DNA of 37,817 nucleotides from a virus. Positions 21,835-29,936 of this stretch are shown here, in pieces. The notes beneath the pieces are model-generated. The model was not told the DNA's origin. It made no database searches and saw only the letters and a list, made by a program, of their open reading frames with translations. Made by a program: the position numbers and the translations under genes. Where the stretch lies: positions 1-37,817 of IMG/VR virus record IMGVR_UViG_3300048577_000138; one strand, 5' to 3'. Positions within the stretch are counted from its first letter, which is position 1; each line of letters starts with the position of its first letter.

Positions 21835-22152
21835 ATGAAGGCCGGAGAACTGCGCGAGCGGGTCGAAATCCAGACAGCGACGGTGACGCGGGACGCGTAC
21901 GGCGCGGAGCTGCCGGCGTGGGCGACGGTGGCCACGGTGTGGGCGAAGGTCGTGGAGCGCGGGGGACGTGAGCCGATCCTGGCCGACCGGCCGGTGATGA
22001 TGATTTCCTACGAGATCACTATGCGGGCGGGGGTGACGGTGACGCACGGGCAGCAGTGCCTCTGGGCGGGAAAGACGCTGAGCGTGGAGACGGTGACGCC
22101 GGTTCCGGCCGCGGGGCTGATTGTGCTGCGCTGCCTGGAGGCGGCGGCCTGA
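21835..22152 (+). CDS. Head closure / head-tail adaptor protein (SPP1 gp16 / HK97 gp9-like)
   Basis: MKAGELRERVEIQ...TRDAYGAELPAWATVATVWAKVVERGGRE matches the head-tail joining protein pattern. Confidence 0.78.
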   Translation: MKAGELRERVEIQTATVTRDAYGAELPAWATVATVWAKVVERGGREPILADRPVMMISYEITMRAGVTVTHGQQCLWAGKTLSVETVTPVPAAGLIVLRCLEAAA

Positions 22153-22622
22153 TGGCGCGTCGGCGGCGGGTGCGGCGGCTGCGTCTGGCGGTGCAGCAGA
22201 ATGTGACGCAGGAGCTGCGCCGCATCGACATCGGGCTGAAGGGTCCGGTGATGGATGTGGGGCTGCTGGAGGCGGCGGACTACCTGGCGGATATTGCCAG
22301 GGCACGGGCGCCACGGCGCACGGGGACGCTGGCGGAGGGGATTTATACGGCGAATGCGTACCGTTCCAACCATCCGGGCGGGCGGGCGACGATGCGGCTG
22401 AAACGACCGCCGAAGCCGGGCACGGCGGTGGTGGCGGCGGGGGTGTTCTACCAGCGATTTTATGAGTATGGCAGGAAACGACGCGAGGGGACGCCGACGA
22501 AGCGGGGTGTGCCGAAACAGCGGCGGCGGCCATTCTTCCGCCAGGCGCTGCAATCGGGAATGCCCGGTGCGAAGGCGATTCTGCAGCGGCGGGCGAAGCG
22601 CATTATCGAGGCGAACGGGTAG
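22152..22622 (+). CDS. HK97 gp10-family tail-completion protein
   Basis: ATG at 22152 inside track ORF 22056..22622. APRRTGTLAEGIY ... RRPFFRQAL motifs. Confidence 0.75.
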   Translation: MARRRRVRRLRLAVQQNVTQELRRIDIGLKGPVMDVGLLEAADYLADIARARAPRRTGTLAEGIYTANAYRSNHPGGRATMRLKRPPKPGTAVVAAGVFYQRFYEYGRKRREGTPTKRGVPKQRRRPFFRQALQSGMPGAKAILQRRAKRIIEANG

Positions 22623-22624
22623 GC

Positions 22625-23008
22625 ATGATCGAACAGGTGTTGGTGACGAGGCTGCTGGCGTGGCCGGCGGTGGCGGCGGTGGTTGGGAACCGGATGTCGC
22701 CGGTTGTGCTGCGCCAGGGGACGACGGCGGCGGCGCTAATTTATCAGCGGCTCTACGCTCAACGGTCCTACAGCTTGGCAGGATCAGCGGGCTGGACGGA
22801 GACGCAGGTGCAGATTACGTGCTGGTCCACCAGCTATGCGCAGGCGCGCACGCTGGCGGATGAGGTGCGCAAGGCGCTGGACGCATGGGCCTCGGCCGCA
22901 GATGGGGTGCACCTGGTGAGCATCAACGATGGGGCGGATACCTACGCTGAGGATTTCGATATGGTGGGGGCGACGGTGCTGGTGACGATCCGGCACGAGG
23001 AGGATTGA
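22625..23008 (+). CDS. Tail terminator-like protein (DUF3168-like)
   Basis: 127 aa. Position and N-terminal pattern (MIEQVLVTRLLAWPAVAAVVGNRMSP) fit. Confidence 0.65.
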   Translation: MIEQVLVTRLLAWPAVAAVVGNRMSPVVLRQGTTAAALIYQRLYAQRSYSLAGSAGWTETQVQITCWSTSYAQARTLADEVRKALDAWASAADGVHLVSINDGADTYAEDFDMVGATVLVTIRHEED

Positions 23009-23009
23009 G

Positions 23010-23732
23010 ATGCCAGTGCAGGCGTACAAGACCAGGATCCTGATCGACCAGTTCGATTTTTCGGGCGAGACGAGCGGCGGCTCACTGGCGTTTACGGTGC
23101 CGCCAATCGATGCGCCGGCGCTGCAGCAGGCGGCGAAACTGGCGATCCCGGGCAACCAGAGTGCAAAGTTGGAGTTCAGCGGCTACTGGAACGGCGGGGC
23201 GGCGGAACTGCTTGATAACGAGCTATATGCGCGGCTGGGGACCAGTACGCCATGCATTGTGGCGACATGCTTGGATACGTCGGCGGTGGGGAATCCGGCC
23301 TATGTGCTGCGCTCTACGTGGGGCCAGCAGCTCAAGGTCGACTGGCCGGTGGCCGAGCTGCTGACGGCGAGCGCAGCGTTTGAGGATGCGGCGGTGCGCG
23401 GGGTGGTGCTGGCGCACCAGACGTTTAGCGCGACGGGCGCCGGGTCGGTGATCGACCTGGGGGCGGCGGTGGGCGGCGGCTGGGCGGTGCTGGTGGTGCG
23501 GGCAATTGTGGGGGCGGCGACTAATGCGTCGTTCCTGGTGCAGCACGCGCCGACGTTTGCGTTCAGCGCGCCGGTGACGTTCGGGACGTTTGGGGCGGTT
23601 TCGGCGGCAGGGGCGCAGGCGATCACGCTGGCGGACCCGAAGCGCAGGTATGTGCGGTTGAATTGCGCCGATCTCGGCGGTGCGACCAGCATCGCGGTGA
23701 CGGCGATTGTGGGCGTGGCTGCGGCCAGCTAA
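23010..23732 (+). CDS. Tail-tube-like protein, long paralogue (240 aa)
   Basis: MPVQAYKTR...LEFSGYW... resembles the next gene (MPVKVLGN...VPVSGFW). An extra ~100-aa C-terminal domain is present. Confidence 0.55.
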   Translation: MPVQAYKTRILIDQFDFSGETSGGSLAFTVPPIDAPALQQAAKLAIPGNQSAKLEFSGYWNGGAAELLDNELYARLGTSTPCIVATCLDTSAVGNPAYVLRSTWGQQLKVDWPVAELLTASAAFEDAAVRGVVLAHQTFSATGAGSVIDLGAAVGGGWAVLVVRAIVGAATNASFLVQHAPTFAFSAPVTFGTFGAVSAAGAQAITLADPKRRYVRLNCADLGGATSIAVTAIVGVAAAS

Positions 23733-23742
23733 GGAGGTAGAG

Positions 23743-24156
23743 ATGCCAGTCAAGGTCTTGGGCAACATTGCAATTACATATGCGTCGCTGAACATGACGC
23801 CGTATCTCGACGGAGGCTCCCAGGAGATGGTGGTGGAGGCTGTTGACACCACGAATCTGGCGAGCACGGGCAAGCAATCGACGCCGGGCACGCCCAGCGT
23901 GTCGGTGCCGGTGTCGGGGTTCTGGGATTCGGCGCTGGATGCGGTGCTGGGCGCGGATGCGGTGAACCCGCCTTCGACGCTGCGCAACCTGACGGTGCAG
24001 ATTGGGCCGGTGGGCAACCGCCGGACGTACACGCTGGTAGGGACGACCACGGTAGGGGCGTTCGTCAGCGATTACAAGATCGATTTCAGCGATCCGATGG
24101 GGATGATCAAGTGGTCGGGGACGCTCACCGTTAGCGGCATACCGACGCCGAGCTAA
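23743..24156 (+). CDS. Major tail (tube) protein (137 aa)
   Basis: ATG at 23743 with a perfect AAGGAGG RBS. Size, position and beta-rich composition are typical of siphovirus tube proteins. Confidence 0.65.
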   Translation: MPVKVLGNIAITYASLNMTPYLDGGSQEMVVEAVDTTNLASTGKQSTPGTPSVSVPVSGFWDSALDAVLGADAVNPPSTLRNLTVQIGPVGNRRTYTLVGTTTVGAFVSDYKIDFSDPMGMIKWSGTLTVSGIPTPS

Positions 24157-24168
24157 GCGGGGCGCTGG

Positions 24169-24184
24169 CGTTTTCCGGGAAACG
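24169..24184. promoter_or_regulatory. Palindrome copy 2 of 3 (CGTTTTCCGGGAAACG, one mismatched pair)
   Basis: Read directly. It lies in the intergenic gap between the tail tube and chaperone genes. Confidence 0.45.
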
Positions 24185-24197
24185 GAAGAAAGGCAGC

Positions 24198-24449
24198 ATG
24201 GCGAGGATGAAAAGCGAGCCGGTTGGGACGGCGATCTGCCGGGGGCTGGGGATTCCGTCGGAAATGGTAAGTTGCGTGCGGCTGGTGGTGAAGGCCGGGG
24301 ACGTGCTGCGGGCGGAGGTGGATTTCTACCCGCAGATCACGGAGGAGGGCCTAGCGCAGATCGTGGCGGCCCTGGAGGAGCAGCGGACGGTGATCGACGT
24401 GGCAATGGGGCGCGAGGCGGGGGAGTACAGGTATGGCCAGACGTTTTGA
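24198..24449 (+). CDS. Hypothetical protein (83 aa)
   Basis: Track ORF between the tube and chaperone genes. Confidence 0.45.
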   Translation: MARMKSEPVGTAICRGLGIPSEMVSCVRLVVKAGDVLRAEVDFYPQITEEGLAQIVAALEEQRTVIDVAMGREAGEYRYGQTF

Positions 24450-24840
24450 GTATGCCGAACTGCCGGGCAACTGGGTCGAACTGCACGAGGCGTGGACGCG
24501 GCGTGAGCTGCGGGAGGCGCTGAACCAGGAGGGCGAGGCATTTGCGGCGCTGCTGGCGAAGAAGATCGAGGCGTGCAACCTGGAGACTGGGGATGGAGAG
24601 CCGATCACGGCGCCGGCGCAGATCACGCGTGAGGCGCTGGACGAGGGCCTCCGCTATGAGGTGTATTGCTGGCTGATGAGCACGGTTACGCAATTCGTGA
24701 TCGAGGTGCAGCGGCTGGGGGAAGCGACGCAGCGGCGGCTGTGGCGAGATTTCGCCAAGGGGATGCTGACCGCTGCGGAGACGGAGACGCCGGAAGCGGG
24801 GCTGCCCGACGGCGCATTATCCCCGTTCCAGACGCTCTGA
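24433..24840 (+). CDS. Tail assembly chaperone (gpG-like)
   Basis: 135-aa acidic protein directly upstream of the tape measure gene. A -1 frame ORF overlaps its 3' end. Confidence 0.7.
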   Translation: MARRFEYAELPGNWVELHEAWTRRELREALNQEGEAFAALLAKKIEACNLETGDGEPITAPAQITREALDEGLRYEVYCWLMSTVTQFVIEVQRLGEATQRRLWRDFAKGMLTAAETETPEAGLPDGALSPFQTL

Positions 24841-25088
24841 CGGATGCCTGGCTGCTCCAGTTGTTTCCGGGGCGGACGCTGGAAGAGTTGGACCGGATCG
24901 ACTATGCCAGGCTCCAGCGGGCAATGGAGGCGCGCAATATCGAGCGGATGGAGGATCTGCGACGGCTGACGCTGGCGCAGAAGCACAAGGCGACGCCGGC
25001 GGAATATCAGCAGTTCTGCCAACACGATAGTCTCTACAAGAAATTCTATGGATGCGAGGATGCTGTTCCTGATCCAGGCGCGCAATGA
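24815..25088 (+). CDS. gpT-like extension reached by a putative -1 frameshift from 24433..24840 (start coordinate approximate)
   Basis: The -1 frame is open across the G stop and reads ...IIPVPDALTDAWLLQLFPGRTLEELDRIDYARLQRAMEARNIE..., with no plausible own start codon. It ends inside the tape measure gene start. Confidence 0.5.
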
Positions 25089-27243
25089 GGCGAGCCGGGA
25101 TCTGAAGTCGTTGGAATCTGAGATCGGCGGCGTGGTGCGGTCGGCGTCGAAGCAGCCGATCGACATCGGCGCGGATGTGGATCTGGGCGATATGCTGGGC
25201 CAGTTCGGCAGCCTGCAGGGGGCTGTGGGTGCGCTGGGCAAGGCTGTGCCGGTGCTGGGCGGCGCGCTGGCGGGGCTGGGGCTGGCGGCCGGGGCGATGA
25301 CGTGGGGACGGCAGGCGGCGGAGGTACAGGCGCTGGAGCGGTCGTTCAACCGACTGGCGGGGAGCGTGGGCACGTCGGGCGCGTCGATGCTGGCGTCGAT
25401 GAAGGCGGTGTCGAGCGGCATGATCTCCGACATGGATCTGATGCTGGCGGCTAATTCGGCGATGGCGCTGGGCGTGGCCGACAGTGCGGAGGAGGTGGCC
25501 AGCCTGCTGGAGGTCGCCATTGCGAAGGGGGCGGAGTTTGGGATTGCGCCTACGCAAGCGTTTGGGGACCTGATCAACGGCCTGGGGCGCATGAGCCCGG
25601 AAATCCTCAACAACATCGGCATTGTGATCAATGCGGAGCAGGCGTACAACGCGTATGCGGCGGAGCTGGGCACGACGGCGGCGGCGCTGAACGAGGCGCA
25701 GCGGATGCAGGCGCTGGTGAATGCGACGCTGGCGGCGAATCCGCAGGCGGCGGCGCAGGCGGCGGCAGCGGGCAACGACGGCGCGGCGGCGTTTGCGCGC
25801 TGGAATGTGGCGACGGCGCAGTTCTCGGCGACGTTCGGGGCGGTGTTTTTGCCGGCGATTGCGGGCGGGCTGGACCTGGTGACGCGATTTGTGAACGCGG
25901 TGGGCGGCATCGGCAGCGTGCTGGCGGGCGAGTTCAACATGACGCCGGAGCAGATCAGTCAGAAGATCGCCGATGTGAATGCGCAGATTGCGGAATACAA
26001 GACGCCAGGCAAGTACGCAGACGCCAGCAACCAGATCGCCATGCTGGAGGATGAGCTGGCGATGCTGGAGCAGGCGCAGGCAATGCTGGTAAGCACGTCG
26101 CTGGCCACGGCGGATGGGATTGGGGCGACGGGCGACGCGGCGGCAGCGACGACGCCGGCGATGGGGGCTGCCGGCGCGGCGGCCGATAGCCTGCGGGCGA
26201 AGCTGGCACAGTTGGCAGGGCAGGCGAGTACGACGGGATCGGCGCTGCAGTCGGCGTGGCTGGGCGCGGTGGGGGCGCTGGGGGCGAGCCAGGCGCTGGC
26301 GGGCTACAATGAGTCGATGAAGCGGTTTGAGGCGCTGACCCAGGTTTGGAACACGGTGATGCTCTCGGGTGATGCGCGGGCGTTTGCGGAGCGGCAGTTT
26401 TGGGAAGAAGAGAACGCTCGCATTGCGGACCAGGTCAAGCTGCTGACCGATGTGGAGGGCGCGCAGAAGAACCTGACGACGGCGGTGGGGGCCACAGCAA
26501 GCGCCTACGATGGGCTGGTGGGCAAGGTGCAGGGGCTGGTCAGCCAGGCGCTGACGCTGGATGTGGAGTGGCCGGGGAAGGATGGCGGTGGCCAGGGCGG
26601 CGGTGATGCCATCAACGAGAATGCGAAGCGGCTGGCGGCGATTGCCAACGAGGGCTTAATCGGCCAACCGTGGCTGGAGGAGTTTGCGGCGGAGGCGCCG
26701 GGAACCTACGCCGACCTGATGCTCAAGATCGCCGCGGGGATGAATCCGCAGGGGGCGGCGCAGCAGTTGATGGCGGAGTTCCAGGCGGGAATGCGCCCAG
26801 ACCTCTTGGACAAGGGCATGATCAAAGACCGCGTGCGCCAGATGCTGCTGGGGGAGAGCAACACGGCGCAGATTGCGCAGGAGATTGCAGCGGAGCTGGC
26901 GAGCGAGCTGAATGTGTCGCTTGGGGATGCCCAGGCGGCGGTCAATTCGACGCTGGGGATCACGGCGCCGGGCGGTGAGCAGGCGCAGGCCGGGCTGCAG
27001 GATGGGCTGGCGGCGGCGACGGACGGCAAGGCGTTGGTGGAGCAAATTGCGGGGCAGATGGAGGCGGCAGCGGACCGGATGCGCGTAGCGGGCAATGACG
27101 CGGGACAGAAGTACGGCATCGGGTTTATGGCCACGGTGGAAACCTCGCTGGCTGGGCCGCTGATCTCGCTGCTGGTTACGCTGGTGACGCCAGGGGTGAT
27201 GGCGGCCATGGCGGCGCAGGCGGGTACGACGGGGGCTAAGTAA
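25048..27243 (+). CDS. Tape measure protein
   Basis: 731 aa, Ala/Gly/Gln-rich and helical, in the canonical position after the chaperones. Confidence 0.9.
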   Translation: MDARMLFLIQARNEASRDLKSLESEIGGVVRSASKQPIDIGADVDLGDMLGQFGSLQGAVGALGKAVPVLGGALAGLGLAAGAMTWGRQAAEVQALERSFNRLAGSVGTSGASMLASMKAVSSGMISDMDLMLAANSAMALGVADSAEEVASLLEVAIAKGAEFGIAPTQAFGDLINGLGRMSPEILNNIGIVINAEQAYNAYAAELGTTAAALNEAQRMQALVNATLAANPQAAAQAAAAGNDGAAAFARWNVATAQFSATFGAVFLPAIAGGLDLVTRFVNAVGGIGSVLAGEFNMTPEQISQKIADVNAQIAEYKTPGKYADASNQIAMLEDELAMLEQAQAMLVSTSLATADGIGATGDAAAATTPAMGAAGAAADSLRAKLAQLAGQASTTGSALQSAWLGAVGALGASQALAGYNESMKRFEALTQVWNTVMLSGDARAFAERQFWEEENARIADQVKLLTDVEGAQKNLTTAVGATASAYDGLVGKVQGLVSQALTLDVEWPGKDGGGQGGGDAINENAKRLAAIANEGLIGQPWLEEFAAEAPGTYADLMLKIAAGMNPQGAAQQLMAEFQAGMRPDLLDKGMIKDRVRQMLLGESNTAQIAQEIAAELASELNVSLGDAQAAVNSTLGITAPGGEQAQAGLQDGLAAATDGKALVEQIAGQMEAAADRMRVAGNDAGQKYGIGFMATVETSLAGPLISLLVTLVTPGVMAAMAAQAGTTGAK

Positions 27244-27245
27244 GA

Positions 27246-27605
27246 ATGGCTACGCTGAGTTTGGGAGGGCAGACGCTGCCGGATCCCAGCGAGTATGAGG
27301 AGAGCGAGGGCTATCGCGGGGGCGGGCGGATGATGGCCGACGGCTCGGTGGCGTTCGACCTGGTGACGGCGGCGGCGAAACACGAGTACACGATTGGGTG
27401 GGGGACGCTGACGGCGGCGCAGAAAACACAGGTCAAGGACGCGCTGGCGACGGTCAAGAATGCGAGTGCGTCATTTGTGACGCTGGAGGGCACGACGGTG
27501 ACGGTGACGCGGGCGCAGGATCAGGAGGAGGTGCGATTTACGGCGGTGCCAGTGGCCAGTGGCCAGGTGCGCTGGAAGGCGCAGTTGAAGCTGCGCGAGG
27601 TGTAG
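27246..27605 (+). CDS. Small distal tail protein candidate (119 aa)
   Basis: Track ORF immediately after the tape measure gene. Confidence 0.5.
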   Translation: MATLSLGGQTLPDPSEYEESEGYRGGGRMMADGSVAFDLVTAAAKHEYTIGWGTLTAAQKTQVKDALATVKNASASFVTLEGTTVTVTRAQDQEEVRFTAVPVASGQVRWKAQLKLREV

Positions 27606-27607
27606 GG

Positions 27608-29107
27608 ATGCCGCGCACGATTGGGTTTCGTCTGTGGATTGATTGGGATTTCAATGGGGTCTATTCTGACGAGTCGGCCTATCTGGTGCAGGCGACGGGC
27701 AATCTGTCGCTGGTGCGGCCGGATGATTTTATGGCGGGCGGCAAGGGGCAGGTGGATAGCTGCTCGCTGACGCTGCGCAATGCGGGAGGGCGGTTTTCGC
27801 CGTTGAATGCGGCGGGGCCGCTGTACAGTTATCTGCAGAATGGAAAGGCGTACCATGCGCCGATGTACCTGGAAGTCTCCATTGATGGGGGCTCCAACTA
27901 TGCGCGGGTCTTCACGGGGGTGTGCAAGATCCCGAAAGAGAGTGGATTAACGGCGCGCGAGGGGCCGGTGGTGGAGATTGCGTGCCGGAGCCAGGATGAG
28001 GTGCTGCTGCAGTTGCGACAGAGTACGTCGCTGTTGCAGTTCCGGGCGTGGCTGGCGGCAGGGTATACCGAGGGGGAGATCATTGATGCGCTGCTGGCTG
28101 CTGCCGGCGTGAGCAGCCGGAGCGTGGATGCGGGGCTGCTGCCGGCGCCGTGCGTGTGGCTGGACGATGAGTCGGTGCTGGAAGAGTTGTGGATGCTGGC
28201 GGCGGCCGCCGGGGGGCGGTTTTATAGCGACCCGGATGGCGTGGCACGCTATGAGAATGCGGCGCACTGGCTGAGCCACAGCGCAAGCCTGGAGACCATT
28301 ACGCGGGCGGATTACGACCGGCCGCTGGAGGCGTTGTATGAGGATGATGACATCTACAACGTGGTGACGGTGGAGGCCAGCCCGCGCGTGCTGGGGGCGT
28401 GGGAGGTGGTCTGGGAGCCGGACGAGCCGGTTGTGGTGCCGCCGGGCGGGTCGAAGTCGATCACGGCGCGGCTGCGGCAGCCGCTGGGGGCGACGTTCGG
28501 GCCGGAGTGGCAGGCGATCACGGCGGGCGGGCAGAACATCACAGCGTATGTGGCGGTGATCGCAAACTATTACGCCCAGCGGGTGGAGTTTGCGATCACG
28601 AACAGCAACCCGTACTGGGCGGCATATCTGCGCCCGTTCCGGCTGGTGGGCCAGCCGGTTGTCGGGGGGCCGACGCACGAGGAGAGCCGCAATAGCGCGG
28701 CGCATGGGAGCAATGCGGCATTTTTCGCGACGCGGGGGACGCGTACGCGCTCTGTGCGGGGCAATCCGTATGTGCAGGGCAAGGCGCAGGCAGGAATGCT
28801 GGCGCTCTACCTGCTGCACCAGTCGGAGTGTCCGCGGCTGACATACACGCTGCGCGGCTGCCTGGGTGTGCCAGCCCGGCGGCTGGGGGACCGGGTGACG
28901 GTCTCGGACCCCAGCGTGATGAGCAGCAGCCGGGATGCGTACCTGGTGGGGATTGCGTGGCGGCTGACGCCGACGGGTTTCTCCCAGGACCTGACTGCCA
29001 TCGATGCCGCGCAACTCTATCCGCACCAGAGCGCGGGCTATTTTGTGGCGCACGACACGACGGGCGATACGCTGCTTAGTTCGGGCAGCAAGCGACTGTT
29101 TTATTGA
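27608..29107 (+). CDS. Tail tip / baseplate-hub-like protein (499 aa)
   Basis: ATG at 27608 inside track ORF 27398..29107. Position after the tape measure and distal tail genes. Confidence 0.6.
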   Translation: MPRTIGFRLWIDWDFNGVYSDESAYLVQATGNLSLVRPDDFMAGGKGQVDSCSLTLRNAGGRFSPLNAAGPLYSYLQNGKAYHAPMYLEVSIDGGSNYARVFTGVCKIPKESGLTAREGPVVEIACRSQDEVLLQLRQSTSLLQFRAWLAAGYTEGEIIDALLAAAGVSSRSVDAGLLPAPCVWLDDESVLEELWMLAAAAGGRFYSDPDGVARYENAAHWLSHSASLETITRADYDRPLEALYEDDDIYNVVTVEASPRVLGAWEVVWEPDEPVVVPPGGSKSITARLRQPLGATFGPEWQAITAGGQNITAYVAVIANYYAQRVEFAITNSNPYWAAYLRPFRLVGQPVVGGPTHEESRNSAAHGSNAAFFATRGTRTRSVRGNPYVQGKAQAGMLALYLLHQSECPRLTYTLRGCLGVPARRLGDRVTVSDPSVMSSSRDAYLVGIAWRLTPTGFSQDLTAIDAAQLYPHQSAGYFVAHDTTGDTLLSSGSKRLFY

Positions 29108-29116
29108 GAGGGTGCT

Positions 29117-29572
29117 ATGGCTTGGGTTACGCCACCTACGTGGACAAATGGAGAGGTACTGGGGGCGACGAAGCTCAACCAGTTGAGCGACGCGGCGACG
29201 TTCCTCAACGGGCTCGGGGGGCAGCCGGCGGCAGTGGGGCTGGTGCAGGTGGCCACGGCGACGACCAGCTATGTGTTCTGGTGCCCGCGGCATCGCCATC
29301 GCTATCTGCAGGTGCGCTACTGGACGGATGGGGCGGACGAGATCAACGTCTACTACAACGGGACGAAGGTCTTTTACGACAACGACCCGGACAATGGCGA
29401 GCAGTGGTTGCGCCAGGGGGGCGTGGCGTCGGCCTATCTGGACCTGGATGGGGTGGCGGGGATGGTGGCGTATGGCCAGCCATATGAGCTGACGATTGAG
29501 GTCAAGCCGCTTAGCGGTGGAAAGACTATCAAGTTGCGCCAGGTTTTTGAGAGCAACACGGCGGCGGTGTAG
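29117..29572 (+). CDS. Tail-associated hypothetical protein (151 aa)
   Basis: The N-terminus MAWVTPPTWTNGEVLGATKLNQLSDA is typical of fibre-associated proteins. GAGAGG RBS. Confidence 0.55.
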   Translation: MAWVTPPTWTNGEVLGATKLNQLSDAATFLNGLGGQPAAVGLVQVATATTSYVFWCPRHRHRYLQVRYWTDGADEINVYYNGTKVFYDNDPDNGEQWLRQGGVASAYLDLDGVAGMVAYGQPYELTIEVKPLSGGKTIKLRQVFESNTAAV

Positions 29573-29574
29573 CG

Positions 29575-29922
29575 ATGACTGTGCCGCGCCAGTGGGCGCA
29601 TGGGGACCAGCCGACGGCGACGCTGATGAATCAGTATGCGGCGGCGCTGACGGAAGCGCATAATTCGCTGGGGGATGCGGCGATCCAGCCGCTGCGGCTG
29701 AAGAGCAGCGAGGCGGAGTTCTCCCTGCTGCACACGTATCGGTATCTGCATTTCACGTCTGCCGGCTCGCTGGTGGACCCGGCGGGGGTGGAGACAGAGA
29801 TCGGGCTGAGTGAGGACGAGACGGGCCGCGGGGTGCTGGATCTGGACGGGACGTGGATGGCGTATGGGGCGGTATACCATGTGCGCGGGTGTTCGGCGTG
29901 CGCAGAGGATTGGGAGCCGTAG
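29575..29922 (+). CDS. Tail-associated hypothetical protein (115 aa)
   Basis: Track ORF with an N-terminal pattern similar to the preceding gene (W..G..PTATLMNQ). Confidence 0.5.
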   Translation: MTVPRQWAHGDQPTATLMNQYAAALTEAHNSLGDAAIQPLRLKSSEAEFSLLHTYRYLHFTSAGSLVDPAGVETEIGLSEDETGRGVLDLDGTWMAYGAVYHVRGCSACAEDWEP

Positions 29923-29936
29923 GGCTGGGGTTGTAG

